The notes: generated by a model not told the origin, from the sequence alone. A DNA stretch of 64,000 nt from Pseudobdellovibrionaceae bacterium (GCA_023954155.1 JAMLIO010000004.1:436-64435), one strand, 5' to 3'. Positions 1 to 10,261 are shown, counted from the first letter of the stretch. Translations and numbers: made by a program.

Positions 1-252
1 CACCGCCGCCGTGTGCCCGTCGGTCACGAAGTCGTGGATCTTCACGATGTGCGGATGCGCGAGGTCCATCGCCCGTCGCACCTCGCGCTTCAAATCCTCG
101 ACCGAAGCCCGGTCGTTGGCCACGACTTCGGGCAGGAATTTCAACGCCGTGTCGCGACCCAGCTCATCGTCCCGCGCCCGCCACCCCACCCCCCACCCCC
201 CCCCGCTCACCTTGATCACAATAACCTGCCGCCCCCCCCCCCCCACCCCCAA
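1..252 (-). CDS. Hanks-type Ser/Thr protein kinase, 5' end only (gene runs off the window at nt 1)
   Basis: Minus-strand frame is open from nt 1 up to an in-frame upstream stop (TAA, 276-274). Translation: GGGGRQVIVIKVSGGGWGVGWRARDDELGRDTALKFLPEVVANDRASVEDLKREVRRAMDLAHPHIVKIHDFVTDGHTAAV. This gives a Gly-loop, the ALK lysine, the alphaC Glu and an HPxIV block. Start is uncertain (GTG 246 or TTG 252). Absent from the ORF track because it has no stop inside the window. Confidence 0.55.
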   Translation of the reverse strand, partial: MGVGGGGRQVIVIKVSGGGWGVGWRARDDELGRDTALKFLPEVVANDRASVEDLKREVRRAMDLAHPHIVKIHDFVTDGHTAAV

Positions 253-487
253 GGCTGCAAAAAAAACAGAGAACTTAGTTGACAAAAAGCTTAAAAATCG
301 CCAGAACTTAGCCTTTAGTGTGTGTTACAAATATTCTGTTAAGGGCCTCTGGCCAACTGATAGAGAGTTGTAATGCCGCTTTTTTTGTGTCCAATTTTTT
401 GCAATTAACACTGTAAGTATTTGGAATTTATAGGTAATTAGTGAGCCTCTTTAGTTAATTAAATGCTCAGAAAGAAGGGTGACAAAC

Positions 488-811
488 GTGCAAAGTCAGA
501 AAATCAGAATCCGTTTAAAGTCTTTTGATCATAAGTTACTTGATCAATCTACGAAAGAGATCGTAGATACGGCACAAAGAACAGGAGCTAAGGTTACAGG
601 TCCAATTCCTCTACCAACAAGAATCAATAAGTACACAGTGCTTAGATCTCCTCACGTAGATAAAAAATCTCGCGAACAATTTGAGATCCGCACTCATAAG
701 AGACTATTAGATATTCTTGAGCCTACACAACAAACAGTGGATCAATTGATGAAATTAGATCTATCTGCGGGTGTACATGTTGAAATCAAACTAAGCAAAG
801 TTGAGAAGTAG
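488..811 (+). CDS. rpsJ: 30S ribosomal protein S10
   Basis: [20 protein letters not shown]... is typical S10, and it is the first gene of the S10 operon. GTG 488 is preferred: a purine-rich AAGGG lies 8 nt upstream and the N-terminus then has the usual form. GTG 479 from the ORF track is the alternative. Confidence 0.95.
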   Translation: MQSQKIRIRLKSFDHKLLDQSTKEIVDTAQRTGAKVTGPIPLPTRINKYTVLRSPHVDKKSREQFEIRTHKRLLDILEPTQQTVDQLMKLDLSAGVHVEIKLSKVEK

Positions 812-819
812 AGGGTAAC

Positions 820-1530
820 ATGTCAGAAACTAACAATGAAACAAATGTAGTAGCTGAAGAGACTCAAACACAAGAAGTCCAAACTTCTGATTCTTCTGCT
901 TCAGTAAATTTAAAAGGTTTTTTTGGATTTAAAAGAGGAATGTCTGCTGTGTATAGCGAAAGCGGCGAGAGAATTCCTGTGACTGTTCTAGAGTGCAAAC
1001 CTTGGACAATCACTCAAATCAAAACTCAAGAAAAAGATGGTTACACAGCAGTGCAAATCTCTGGTGACCCTAAGAAAGCCAAAAACAGCTTAAAGTCTGA
1101 ACTAGGTCATGTGAAAAAAGCAGGACTTGATTCTGCTCCTAGACATTCTGGTGAAATCCGCCAAGAGCTTCCTGAAGGTGTAGCAGTGGGACAAAAAGTC
1201 ACTGTAGCCTCTTTTGAAAAAGGTCAGACAGTAAAAGTGACTGCGACTTCAAAAGGTAAAGGTTTTTCTGGTGTGATGAAACGTTACGGTTTTGGTGGTG
1301 GTCCTGCCTCTCACGGATCTGGCTTCCACAGAAAACCAGGTTCTATCGGTAACCGTGAATTTCCAGGTCGCGTACAGCCTGGTAAAAAAATGGCAGGTCA
1401 ACATGGGAATAAACCAGTGACTGTTAAAGGCTTGGAAGTTGTTGATGTAATTCCTGAGAAGAATGTTCTTTTATTAAAAGGTTCTGTACCAGGTGCAACT
1501 AACAGTTTAGTTAAAATCGTGAAGCTGTAG
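820..1530 (+). CDS. rplC: 50S ribosomal protein L3
   Basis: KGKGFSGVMKRYGFGGGPASHGS L3 block and operon position. Has an acidic N-terminal extension of about 28 aa before the conserved GFFGFKRGM start region. Confidence 0.95.
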   Translation: MSETNNETNVVAEETQTQEVQTSDSSASVNLKGFFGFKRGMSAVYSESGERIPVTVLECKPWTITQIKTQEKDGYTAVQISGDPKKAKNSLKSELGHVKKAGLDSAPRHSGEIRQELPEGVAVGQKVTVASFEKGQTVKVTATSKGKGFSGVMKRYGFGGGPASHGSGFHRKPGSIGNREFPGRVQPGKKMAGQHGNKPVTVKGLEVVDVIPEKNVLLLKGSVPGATNSLVKIVKL

Positions 1531-1546
1531 AAGGATCGAGGATAAA

Positions 1547-2173
1547 ATGGCAACTATAGACGTATTAAATTGGAAAAATTCAAAAGTGGGTCAAGTAGAT
1601 TTATCTGCTGATATCTTTGAACGCCCTGTAAGAAAAGATCTTTTACAGACTGTTGTGAAATGGCAGTTGGCAAAAAGAAGACAAGGTACACACATGACTA
1701 AAACTAAAGGTTTAGTCAGTGGTGGTGGAGCAAAACCTTACAAACAAAAAGGAACAGGTAATGCCCGTAGAGGTTCTAGTCGTTCTCCACTTATTCGTGG
1801 TGGTGGTGTGATTTTTGGACCACAACCAAGAGATTACTCTTACACACTTCCTAAGAAGCAAAGAATTGCGGCTCTTAAAACAGCTCTTTCTTATTTGTAT
1901 GCTGAAGGAAAGCTTAAAGTGGTTGATAAATTTGAGTCTACTGGAAAGACAAAAGAAGCAGCTCAAAACCTACAAGCTATTGGTGTGAAAAAAGCAGTAT
2001 GTGTGGGAACAGATAAAGAGGCTACATTTGCAAGAGCCACTCGTAATATCCCTACTTATTTATATTTAACTGCGGAATCTATGAACGTGTATGACCTTTT
2101 AAAGTACGACCAAGTTGTTCTTGAAAAAGACTCTGTTCAAAAGATCCAAGAGAAATTAGGAGCGGAGGCATAA
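1547..2173 (+). CDS. rplD: 50S ribosomal protein L4
   Basis: GGGAKPYKQKGTGNARRGSSRSPLIRGGGVIFGP block and operon order. Confidence 0.95.
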   Translation: MATIDVLNWKNSKVGQVDLSADIFERPVRKDLLQTVVKWQLAKRRQGTHMTKTKGLVSGGGAKPYKQKGTGNARRGSSRSPLIRGGGVIFGPQPRDYSYTLPKKQRIAALKTALSYLYAEGKLKVVDKFESTGKTKEAAQNLQAIGVKKAVCVGTDKEATFARATRNIPTYLYLTAESMNVYDLLKYDQVVLEKDSVQKIQEKLGAEA

Positions 2174-2174
2174 A

Positions 2175-2453
2175 ATGATCGGTGTAATTAAAAGACCATT
2201 AGTAACTGAAAAGATCTCCATGCTTTCTGAAAAAGGCATTTATGCTTTTGAAGTAGACCGCAAAGCTACAAAAACAGAAGTTAAGAATCTTATAGAAAAG
2301 AATTTCGACGTAAAAGTAGAGTCTGTGAAAACTTTAATCTGCCGTGGACGTTCAAAAAGAACTGTGCAAGGTCAAACTAAAGTCAAATATTGGAAGAAGG
2401 CTCTGGTAAAACTTAAAAAAGGCGAAAAACTGTCGCTATTTGAGGGAGCATAA
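2175..2453 (+). CDS. rplW: 50S ribosomal protein L23
   Basis: Size, the [10 protein letters not shown]... N-terminus and position between L4 and L2. Confidence 0.93.
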   Translation: MIGVIKRPLVTEKISMLSEKGIYAFEVDRKATKTEVKNLIEKNFDVKVESVKTLICRGRSKRTVQGQTKVKYWKKALVKLKKGEKLSLFEGA

Positions 2454-2455
2454 GC

Positions 2456-3277
2456 ATGGGAATTAGAGTTTTAAGACCTAGACATAACAGTTTAAGAAAT
2501 CGCTCTGTTTCTGATTTTAAAGAGATCACAAAAGCAACTCCAGAAAAGAGTTTGACTGAGCCTTTAAATAAAAAAGCATCCAGAAACAACTTCGGTAGAA
2601 TCACTATGCGCCATGCAGGTGGTGGACATAAAAGAAGATACCGTGTGATTGATTTCAAAAGAATCAAGAGAGACATCGAAGGTACAGTAGCTGCGATTGA
2701 GTACGATCCAAACAGAACGTGCCGTATTGCTCTGATCAACTACCCTGATGGTGACAAGGCTTATATCTTGGCTCCAGTAGGATTAGAGGTTGGAAGCAAA
2801 GTGATCTCGAGTAACAAAGCTGATATCAAGCCAGGTAACTGCTTAGATTTAGCTGTGATCCCAGCGGGTACAACGATCCATAACGTGGAGTTGCGTCCTG
2901 GCAAAGGTGGTCAGTTAGTTCGTGGTGCAGGTGTTGGTGCCTCTTTGGTGGCTAAACTTGGAAAATACTGCCAAGTTAAATTGCCAAGTGGTGAAGTTCG
3001 TTTAGTGCTTTCCACTTGTAAGGCTACAATTGGTCAAGTGGGCAATACAGATCATGAAAATATTAAATTAGGTAAAGCTGGTCGTAAAAGATGGATGGGT
3101 ATTAGACCTACAGTTCGCGGTATGGCGATGAACCCTATTGATCACCCACTTGGTGGTGGTGAAGGTGTGGGTAAAGGACATCACCCAGTGAGTCCATGGG
3201 GTCAACCTTCTAAGGGTTACAAAACTAGAAAAAATAAACGCACTAGCAATATGATTGTTAAGAGAAGAAGTAAGTAA
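2456..3277 (+). CDS. rplB: 50S ribosomal protein L2
   Basis: [18 protein letters not shown] and [13 protein letters not shown] motifs. Confidence 0.96.
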   Translation: MGIRVLRPRHNSLRNRSVSDFKEITKATPEKSLTEPLNKKASRNNFGRITMRHAGGGHKRRYRVIDFKRIKRDIEGTVAAIEYDPNRTCRIALINYPDGDKAYILAPVGLEVGSKVISSNKADIKPGNCLDLAVIPAGTTIHNVELRPGKGGQLVRGAGVGASLVAKLGKYCQVKLPSGEVRLVLSTCKATIGQVGNTDHENIKLGKAGRKRWMGIRPTVRGMAMNPIDHPLGGGEGVGKGHHPVSPWGQPSKGYKTRKNKRTSNMIVKRRSK

Positions 3278-3287
3278 GGAGTAGATT

Positions 3288-3557
3288 GTGTCTAGATCAT
3301 TAAAAAAAGGTCCATTTGTTGATGAGCATCTGATGAAGAAAATTGAAAACGCAATTTCTACAGGTGACAAAAAAGTGATTAAAACTTGGTCGCGCAGATC
3401 TACTGTACTTCCTGAGTGCACAGGTCTTACGTTTGCAGTTCACAACGGTCGTAAGTTTGTCCCAGTTTACGTTCAAGACAATATGGTAGGTCACAAGTTC
3501 GGTGAATTTGCTCCTACTAGAACATACACTGGTCATGGCGATAAAAAAGGTAAATAG
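3288..3557 (+). CDS. rpsS: 30S ribosomal protein S19
   Basis: GTG start. [11 protein letters not shown]...[11 protein letters not shown] is typical S19. Confidence 0.95.
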   Translation: MSRSLKKGPFVDEHLMKKIENAISTGDKKVIKTWSRRSTVLPECTGLTFAVHNGRKFVPVYVQDNMVGHKFGEFAPTRTYTGHGDKKGK

Positions 3558-3570
3558 GTCGGAGTAAAAA

Positions 3571-3903
3571 ATGGAAGTAAAAGCTAGTTTAAAATATGCA
3601 CGAATTGGAACACAGAAAGCACGTTTAGTGGCTGATTTGGTTCGTGGTAAAGACGTGAATGAGGCTCTTCAAACTTTGGCCTTCACTGAAAAGAAAGGTG
3701 CCGTTTTGATTAAGAAGTTAATCGAATCTGGTGTTGCCAATGCTGAGCAAAAGAAAGTGATTGATGTGGACAATCTTTATGTAAAGACCATCACAGTAGA
3801 TCAAGGTCCAATGCTAAAAAGATTTACACCAAGAGCAAAGGGCAGTGCTTCAGGTATTTTGAAGAAAATGAGTCACATCAACATCGTTTTGGATGAAAGA
3901 TAA
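3571..3903 (+). CDS. rplV: 50S ribosomal protein L22
   Basis: Sequence and position between S19 and S3. Confidence 0.94.
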   Translation: MEVKASLKYARIGTQKARLVADLVRGKDVNEALQTLAFTEKKGAVLIKKLIESGVANAEQKKVIDVDNLYVKTITVDQGPMLKRFTPRAKGSASGILKKMSHINIVLDER

Positions 3904-3918
3904 GGAAGGCGGGAAAAC

Positions 3919-4584
3919 ATGGGTCAAAAGGTTAATCCAATTGGTTTAAGAGTCGGTGTTATCAGAACTTGGGATTCTCGCTGGTATTCCAAAGGTAAAG
4001 AGTACGCTACAAACTTACACGAAGATTACAAATTAAGAGAATATGTAAAAAAACAATTAAAACACGCAGGTGTATCTAAAGTTGAAATCGAAAGATCGGC
4101 ACAAAAAGTAAAAGTGATCGTTTCAACTGCACGTCCTGGTGTGGTGATCGGTAAAAAAGGTTCTGGTATCGATCAATTAAGAGTGCAATTGCAAGCCTTA
4201 ACCACAAGTGAAGTGCATGTGAGCATTCAAGAGGTGCGTAAACCTGATGTGGATGCTCAATTGGTGGCTTCTAACATTGCTATGCAACTTGAGAAAAGAA
4301 TTTCATGGAGAAGAGCTTTAAAGAAAGCTATCGCTGCGGCGTCTCGTGGTGGTGTTCGTGGAATTAAAGTGCAAGTGAGTGGAAGATTAGATGGTGCAGA
4401 AATTGCGCGTACGGAATGGTACAACGAAAAGAGCGTTCCATTACATACATTAAGAGCAGACATTGATTACGGTACAGCAGAGGCTTTAACAGCTTATGGA
4501 ATTATCGGAATGAAAGTTTGGATTTATCGTGGAGATGTTCTTTCTATGAAAGAAGTCGAGGAGGCAGGTCGTGTTAAGTCCTAA
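3919..4584 (+). CDS. rpsC: 30S ribosomal protein S3
   Basis: [13 protein letters not shown]... N-terminus with a KH-domain pattern. Confidence 0.96.
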   Translation: MGQKVNPIGLRVGVIRTWDSRWYSKGKEYATNLHEDYKLREYVKKQLKHAGVSKVEIERSAQKVKVIVSTARPGVVIGKKGSGIDQLRVQLQALTTSEVHVSIQEVRKPDVDAQLVASNIAMQLEKRISWRRALKKAIAAASRGGVRGIKVQVSGRLDGAEIARTEWYNEKSVPLHTLRADIDYGTAEALTAYGIIGMKVWIYRGDVLSMKEVEEAGRVKS

Positions 4585-4984
4585 GAAGATTAAATGGCGT
4601 AAACAAAGAAAAGGTCGCATCAAAGGTAAAGCCACCCGTGGAACTGATATCAGCTTCGGAGACTTCGCTTTACAAACTACAGAGATGGGACGCATCACGG
4701 CTCGTCAGATTGAGGCCAGTCGTATTGCGATCAGTAGATCGGTAAAAAGAGGCGGTAAGCTTTGGATCAGAATTTTCCCAGATAAACCTATTACTAAAAA
4801 GCCTGCTGAGGTGAGAATGGGTTCGGGTAAAGGAAGTGTGGAATTATGGGTAGCACCTGTAAAACCAGGTCGCATTTTGTTTGAAATGAACGGTGTGACT
4901 CGCGAACAAGCTAAAGAAGCTTTTAGACTTGCAGCTCATAAACTTCCCGTAAAAACAAAGTTTCTTGAGAAGGAAGAGGCATAA
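4571..4984 (+). CDS. rplP: 50S ribosomal protein L16
   Basis: GTG start overlapping the rpsC end. [16 protein letters not shown] resembles E. coli MLQPKRTKFRKMHKGR. Confidence 0.95.
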   Translation: MLSPKKIKWRKQRKGRIKGKATRGTDISFGDFALQTTEMGRITARQIEASRIAISRSVKRGGKLWIRIFPDKPITKKPAEVRMGSGKGSVELWVAPVKPGRILFEMNGVTREQAKEAFRLAAHKLPVKTKFLEKEEA

Positions 4985-4986
4985 TC

Positions 4987-5178
4987 ATGAAGTTCAAAGA
5001 AATTAAAGATTTAACAGTTGAAGAGCTAAGAAAGCGTGAAGGGTCACTAAGAACCGAACTTTTCATGGTGAAGATGAAGCACGCTTTAGGTCAGGTTGCC
5101 AATCCTCTTTTAGTAAGAGGTTTAAGACGTGACATTGCTAAAGTGAAAACTTCCATCAACCAAAAGTTGGCGAAGTAG
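4987..5178 (+). CDS. rpmC: 50S ribosomal protein L29
   Basis: 63 aa, with the ELRxxxxxELxxELFxLRMQ-type pattern, and operon order. Confidence 0.93.
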   Translation: MKFKEIKDLTVEELRKREGSLRTELFMVKMKHALGQVANPLLVRGLRRDIAKVKTSINQKLAK

Positions 5179-5187
5179 GAGTGAGCT

Positions 5188-5475
5188 ATGAGTGAAAATG
5201 AAGTAAAAAAACGCGGTCGTAAAATTGAAGTTGTTGGTGAAGTGATCAGCGATAAAATGGACAAGACAATTTCTGTAAAAATATTTAGAAATGTAAAACA
5301 TCCTAAATATCAGAAGTATGTGAAAAGAACGTCTGTATTTAAAGCTCACGATGAAAAGAACATTGCTAAAGTTGGTGATAAAGTTCGTATCATGGAGACT
5401 CGTCCATTGAGTAAAACGAAAAGATGGCAACTTTCTGCAATTCTTGGAGCTGATGGTAAAGAGGTGCAGAGATGA
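5188..5475 (+). CDS. rpsQ: 30S ribosomal protein S17
   Basis: [14 protein letters not shown] pattern. ATGA overlap with rplN. Confidence 0.94.
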   Translation: MSENEVKKRGRKIEVVGEVISDKMDKTISVKIFRNVKHPKYQKYVKRTSVFKAHDEKNIAKVGDKVRIMETRPLSKTKRWQLSAILGADGKEVQR

Positions 5476-5840
5476 TTCAAGTACAAACACGTTTAAATGT
5501 GGCAGATAATTCTGGCGCAAAAGAAGTTCAATGTATTAAAGTTTTAGGCGGTTCTAAAAGAAGAACTGCTGGAGTCGGTGACATCATCGTGGTTTCTATT
5601 AAGCAGGCCATTCCTAACTCTAAAGTTAAAAAAGGGGATGTAGCAAAAGCTGTGATCGTTAGAACTATTCACAAGATTCGCAGACCAGATGGCAGCTATA
5701 TCCGTTTTGATGAGAACTCTGCCGTTTTATTAAATAACAATAAAGAGCCAATTGGAACTCGTATTTTTGGACCAGTTGCTAGAGAGTTAAGAGCAAAATC
5801 TTTTATTAAGATTGTATCTCTAGCTCCTGAGGTTCTGTAG
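5472..5840 (+). CDS. rplN: 50S ribosomal protein L14
   Basis: [27 protein letters not shown]... aligns end to end with E. coli L14 as I recall it. Confidence 0.96.
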   Translation: MIQVQTRLNVADNSGAKEVQCIKVLGGSKRRTAGVGDIIVVSIKQAIPNSKVKKGDVAKAVIVRTIHKIRRPDGSYIRFDENSAVLLNNNKEPIGTRIFGPVARELRAKSFIKIVSLAPEVL

Positions 5841-5845
5841 GAGAT

Positions 5846-6391
5846 ATGATGAGTTACACTAAAAATTTATATGATAAAGAAGTAGTTCCAGCTCTTAAAA
5901 AAGAGCTTAACACTGAGAACATCATGAAAGTTCCTACGATTGAAAAGATCGTAATCAACACATGTATCAGTGAAGCAGTTCAAAACCCGAAGTTATTAAA
6001 CGTAGCTGTAGATGAATTGTCTGCAATTACTGGCCAAAAAGCTGTGGTCACTAAAGCTAAAAAAGCGATTGCAAACTTCAAATTAAGAGAAGGTATGCCG
6101 CTAGGTGCGCGTGTGACATTACGTCGTGAAAAGGCTTGGGCATTTATGGATCGTTTGGTTCATTTAGCACTTCCAAGTGTAAGAGACTTTAGAGGTATTT
6201 CTCCTAAAGGCTTTGACGGACGTGGTAACTACAATATGGGAGTTAAAGAACAGATTATTTTCCCAGAAATCAGTTACGATAAAGTTGATAAAGTAAGAGG
6301 TATGAACATTACAATTTGTACCACAGCAAAAACCGACGCAGAAGGAAAGGCGCTTTTAGAAAAGCTAGGTATGCCTTTCAGAAGTAAGTAG
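5846..6391 (+). CDS. rplE: 50S ribosomal protein L5
   Basis: L5 sequence (NxMxVPxIEKIVIN..., FRGxSxxxFDGRGNY). Starts 5 nt after the rplN stop, so no rplX lies between them. Confidence 0.95.
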   Translation: MMSYTKNLYDKEVVPALKKELNTENIMKVPTIEKIVINTCISEAVQNPKLLNVAVDELSAITGQKAVVTKAKKAIANFKLREGMPLGARVTLRREKAWAFMDRLVHLALPSVRDFRGISPKGFDGRGNYNMGVKEQIIFPEISYDKVDKVRGMNITICTTAKTDAEGKALLEKLGMPFRSK

Positions 6392-6401
6392 AGGAGTGAT
6401 A

Positions 6402-6791
6402 ATGGATACTATTGCTGACTTCATAACAAGAATTAGAAACGCTGGATTTGCAAAACACGAAAAAGTGGATATTGCGAGTTCAAAGATTAAAGAAGGTATT
6501 GCTCGTATTCTTAAGGACCACGGTTATATTAAAACATTCCGTGTGGCTCAAGATGGCAAGCAAGGACTCATGCGTGTTTATTTAAATTACGACAAGACAG
6601 GCCGCCCTGCAATTGAGAGCATCCAAAGAGTGAGTCGTCCAAGTAAGCGTGTGTATGTGAAAAGCACTGAAATTCCTCAAGTTCGTTCTGGCTATGGGAT
6701 TACAATCCTAAGTACGAATAAGGGTGTTTTAAGTGGTGAAGAAGCTACTACCAGTAATGTGGGTGGCGAAATTTTATTAAAGATTTGGTAG
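6402..6791 (+). CDS. rpsH: 30S ribosomal protein S8
   Basis: MDTIADFITRIRNA... ATG 6402 with a GAGGAG RBS at 6391-6396. The ORF track start 6396 adds two residues. Follows rplE directly, so no rpsN lies between them. Confidence 0.95.
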   Translation: MDTIADFITRIRNAGFAKHEKVDIASSKIKEGIARILKDHGYIKTFRVAQDGKQGLMRVYLNYDKTGRPAIESIQRVSRPSKRVYVKSTEIPQVRSGYGITILSTNKGVLSGEEATTSNVGGEILLKIW

Positions 6792-6798
6792 GTATAAA

Positions 6799-7338
6799 AT
6801 GTCTAGAATTGGAAAATTACCTGTTAAAGTTGAAGACAAAGTGAACGTAGAGATCAAAGACACTTTGGTGACAATTAAAAACGGAAACAAAGTTCAAGAA
6901 GTTCGTGTTACTGGTCCTATCAAAGTAGAACTTAAAGATGGGGCGATCCAAGTGACTCGCGAAAATGATGAGCCAAAAACAAAAGCTCTGCACGGTCTTT
7001 ACCGAAGACTTATTGGGAACGCTATGACAGGTGTTTCTAAAGGTTGGTCCAAAGCCCTGATCCTTAATGGTGTCGGGTACAGAGCCAACGTTGCGGGTAA
7101 AAACCTAGAGCTAACTCTTGGGTTTAGTCATCCCATTAGCTTCCCAATCCCTGAAGGTATTGAGATTAAAGTGGATAAACAAACTAACGTGTCTATCACA
7201 GGAGCTGACAAAGCTTTGGTAGGGCAGGTTGCAGCTAAAATCCGTGGATTCAGACCACCAGAGCCATTCCTTGGTAAAGGTATTCGCTATGATGATGAAG
7301 TGATCCGCAGAAAAGCTGGTAAGTCTGGCGGTAAATAA
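6799..7338 (+). CDS. rplF: 50S ribosomal protein L6
   Basis: [11 protein letters not shown]... is typical L6. Confidence 0.95.
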   Translation: MSRIGKLPVKVEDKVNVEIKDTLVTIKNGNKVQEVRVTGPIKVELKDGAIQVTRENDEPKTKALHGLYRRLIGNAMTGVSKGWSKALILNGVGYRANVAGKNLELTLGFSHPISFPIPEGIEIKVDKQTNVSITGADKALVGQVAAKIRGFRPPEPFLGKGIRYDDEVIRRKAGKSGGK

Positions 7339-7352
7339 GAGAGGTATGTGAA

Positions 7353-7727
7353 ATGAAATTAAAGATTAACAAATCAATGAGCGAAAGATTAAAAGCTCGC
7401 TTAAAAAACAAGATTCGTATCAGAAGAAAAGTAACTGGTACTGTTGAAAGACCTCGCTTAACTGTATTCAGATCTTCAAAATACATCTATGCGCAACTGG
7501 TGGATGATGTGAATGGAGCAACTTTAGCGTCAGTGTCTTCTTCAGGTATCAGTGGCCTAAAAGGAACAAGCAATTGCGATGCAGCTAAATCTGTAGGCGC
7601 AAAGATTGCTGAGATTGCTAAAGGTAAGAACATTGAAAAAGTAGTATTTGATAGAAACGGTTATGTTTATCACGGCAAAGTTAAAGCTTTAGCAGAAGGT
7701 GCTAGAGAAGCTGGGTTACAATTTTAA
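7353..7727 (+). CDS. rplR: 50S ribosomal protein L18
   Basis: [20 protein letters not shown] block. Confidence 0.94.
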   Translation: MKLKINKSMSERLKARLKNKIRIRRKVTGTVERPRLTVFRSSKYIYAQLVDDVNGATLASVSSSGISGLKGTSNCDAAKSVGAKIAEIAKGKNIEKVVFDRNGYVYHGKVKALAEGAREAGLQF

Positions 7728-7736
7728 GGAACGAGG

Positions 7737-8216
7737 GTGAGTGTGGAAACAACAACAAATCAAGAATTTGAAGAAAGAGTTGTAGCGATTAACAGAGTTG
7801 CCAAAGTGGTAAAGGGCGGTAGACGCTTTTCCTTCTCGGCTCTTGTGATTGCTGGAGACGGAACGGGCTCTGTAGGTTTTGGAACAGGCAAAGCTAACGA
7901 AGTTCCAATGGCGATCAGCAAAGCAGCTCGTATCGCAAAAAAGAATGCGACTCCATTTACAATGAAAGAAAACAGAACCATCCCTCATGAAGTGATTGGT
8001 ACTTTTGGTGCGGCTAAGGTGGTATTGATCCCTGCGGCTCCAGGTACTGGTGTGATTGCTGGTGGTGCTGTGAGAGCGGTTTTAGAGTCAGTAGGAATTA
8101 AGGACATCCTTACAAAATGTGTGGGAACAAGAAACCCCCATAATGCAGTAAGAGCGACTTTAGATGGCTTAGCACAACTGACTGATAAGACTTTAAAAGA
8201 AAGATTGGACGTGTAA
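7737..8216 (+). CDS. rpsE: 30S ribosomal protein S5
   Basis: [25 protein letters not shown]..GxVGFGxGKA block. GTG start. Confidence 0.95.
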   Translation: MSVETTTNQEFEERVVAINRVAKVVKGGRRFSFSALVIAGDGTGSVGFGTGKANEVPMAISKAARIAKKNATPFTMKENRTIPHEVIGTFGAAKVVLIPAAPGTGVIAGGAVRAVLESVGIKDILTKCVGTRNPHNAVRATLDGLAQLTDKTLKERLDV

Positions 8217-8217
8217 T

Positions 8218-8400
8218 ATGGCAAAATCATTTCATGTAAAATTAGTAAAAAGCCGTAATGGTGCTACAAAAACTCAGCTTGCGACTTTGGACGCCATGGG
8301 TTTACGTAAGATTGGGTCTGAAAAGGTATTGGCTGATAATGAAGCTAACCGTGGTCAGATCTTTAAAATGCAACATTTGTTAAAGGTGACTCCACAGTAG
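8218..8400 (+). CDS. rpmD: 50S ribosomal protein L30
   Basis: 60 aa, VKLVKSRNGATKTQLATLDAMGLRKIG pattern, and operon order. Confidence 0.92.
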   Translation: MAKSFHVKLVKSRNGATKTQLATLDAMGLRKIGSEKVLADNEANRGQIFKMQHLLKVTPQ

Positions 8401-8495
8401 TCAGCTTTAATGCCTGCTGTTTATGCAGGTATAGGTCGCCCGCTCGTTTGAGCGGTAGGTATAAATATCTAGGTTTAGGAATTTAGGAGCAGAAT

Positions 8496-8936
8496 ATGTC
8501 TTTATTGTCAGAGCTAAAAATTAACAAAGGTGCAACACACTCTAAGAAAAGAATTGGTCGTGGTGACGGTTCTGGCCAAGGAAGTACAGCAGGTAAAGGT
8601 CATAAAGGTCAAAAAGCAAGATCTGGCGGTAAAGTGCGTGTAGGTTTTGAAGGTGGTCAAATGCCACTGATGAGACGTTTACCTAAGTTTGGATTTTCAA
8701 ACGCCCAGTTTAAGAATGTTTATGAAATCGTGACTACAGGTCAGTTGAATAAATTTAGCGGTGATGTCACACTGGAAACCCTTCAGACTGCGGGTTTGGT
8801 TAAAAAAGGTGACGTTAAGGTTAAGGTATTGACCAAAGGCGAAATTAAGACGAACCTCAATTTGAAAGTACATAAAATTAGCGAATCAGCAAAAGCGGCT
8901 ATTGAAAAAGCCGGAGGAACAGTCGAGGTCATCTAG
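8496..8936 (+). CDS. rplO: 50S ribosomal protein L15
   Basis: RIGRGDGSGQGSTAGKGHKGQKARSGG block. Confidence 0.95.
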   Translation: MSLLSELKINKGATHSKKRIGRGDGSGQGSTAGKGHKGQKARSGGKVRVGFEGGQMPLMRRLPKFGFSNAQFKNVYEIVTTGQLNKFSGDVTLETLQTAGLVKKGDVKVKVLTKGEIKTNLNLKVHKISESAKAAIEKAGGTVEVI

Positions 8937-10261
8937 TGTCAAATGCGGTTGAAGCCATAACAAAAAACAGCAGCTTAAAAAACAAACTTCTTTTCACTTT
9001 AGGAATGCTTGCCATCTACAGGATCGGGGTTCAAGTTCCGTCTCCTGGTTTGGATGGAGCGGCAGTGATGTCGTTCTTCCAATCTCAAAGTGGTGGGTTA
9101 TTTGGTCTTTTTAACACCTTCACAGGAGGAGCGTTAGAAAGATTCAGTATTTTTGCCTTAGGCGTAATGCCTTACATCTCGGCTTCGATCATTTTCCAGA
9201 TCTTACAGGCTGCCGTGCCTTCACTTGAAGCGATGAAAAAAGAAGGCCCTGCAGGACAGAAAAAGATCAGTCAATATACAAGATATGCCACCATCTTACT
9301 TTGTTTTGTGCAAGGTTATGCCATGGCCAATTGGATGGCTTCAGAAAGCAGTCCAGATGGAAGCCCTCTGGTGATCACTCCTATGTTTGGTTTTGTGCCG
9401 TTCCAAGTGGTGACCATTATGACGTTAACTGCAGGAACATGTTTTTTGATGTGGATCGGTGAACAGATCACTGAACGTGGCATCGGAAACGGAATCAGCT
9501 TGATCATCTTTGCGGGGATTGTGTCTGGTATTCCAGGTGGCGCTGCCGCTTTATGGAAGCAAGTCAGTTCTGGCGAAATGGCGGCTTTAGTGGCATTCAT
9601 CCTTCTTGCGGGAATGGTTGGGGTGATCTCCTTTATTATTTTTATGGAAGTGGCTCAACGTCGTTTACCTATTCAGCATTCACAAAGAGGGACAGGACGT
9701 CAGGCGATGCAACAGCCCACAAGTCACTTGCCCTTAAAACTGAACTTTGCAAACGTAATTCCACCCATTTTTGCGTCCAGTTTATTGATGTTCCCAGCTA
9801 CAATGACTCAGTTTTTTGATAGTCCGTGGTTGGTCTCCCTACAGCAGTCTTTCATGCCTACTGGGGCCTTATATAATATTATCTTTATTGGTTTAGTGGT
9901 GTTCTTTTGCTTTTTCTATACAGAAATTGTCTTTAATCCTAAGGACGTGGCAGAAAACCTTAAAAAACAGGGAGGCTTTATCCCTGGTGTTCGTGCGGGA
10001 AACAGCACGGCAGAATATATTAAAAGAGTTTTGGACCGTCTGACAGTTGTGGGAGCTATTTACCTGAGTGCAGTTTGTATTATGCCTACGATTGCTACTG
10101 AGGCCCTTAAAGTGCCATTTTATTTTGGTGGGACCAGCGTTCTGATTATGGTCGGTGTGGCTTTAGACTTTGTACAACAGGTACAAACTCATATTTTATC
10201 TAGCAAATATGAAGGTCTAATGAAAAATATGCGTGTTCGCGGAAGAAGAGTTAGATACTGA
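8936..10261 (+). CDS. secY: Preprotein translocase subunit SecY
   Basis: 441 aa, multi-TM, typical SecY blocks (GVMPYISASII, WIGEQITERGIGNGISLIIFAGI). GTG start overlaps the rplO stop. Confidence 0.96.
   Translation: MSNAVEAITKNSSLKNKLLFTLGMLAIYRIGVQVPSPGLDGAAVMSFFQSQSGGLFGLFNTFTGGALERFSIFALGVMPYISASIIFQILQAAVPSLEAMKKEGPAGQKKISQYTRYATILLCFVQGYAMANWMASESSPDGSPLVITPMFGFVPFQVVTIMTLTAGTCFLMWIGEQITERGIGNGISLIIFAGIVSGIPGGAAALWKQVSSGEMAALVAFILLAGMVGVISFIIFMEVAQRRLPIQHSQRGTGRQAMQQPTSHLPLKLNFANVIPPIFASSLLMFPATMTQFFDSPWLVSLQQSFMPTGALYNIIFIGLVVFFCFFYTEIVFNPKDVAENLKKQGGFIPGVRAGNSTAEYIKRVLDRLTVVGAIYLSAVCIMPTIATEALKVPFYFGGTSVLIMVGVALDFVQQVQTHILSSKYEGLMKNMRVRGRRVRY

Noticed and set aside
279-310. TTGACA at 279-284 as the -35 element of an S10 operon promoter.
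   Set aside because: No acceptable -10 hexamer lies 16-18 nt downstream. A weaker TTGCAA-17-TGGAAT candidate sits near 399-427. Neither is strong enough to annotate.
11-373. Plus-strand ORFs 11-373 and 13-282 in the GC-rich head (Pro-rich translations).
   Set aside because: They are antisense to a much more convincing minus-strand kinase frame. Their P-rich sequence is simply the poly-C tracts read on the wrong strand, and they run across the compositional junction.
1712-8230. Numerous antisense or alternative-frame ORFs inside ribosomal protein genes (e.g. 1712-1966, 2413-2739, 3068-3421, 5122-5520, 7716-7988, 7985-8230).
   Set aside because: They lie entirely within, and antisense to, highly conserved genes. 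Their translations are low-complexity with no motifs.
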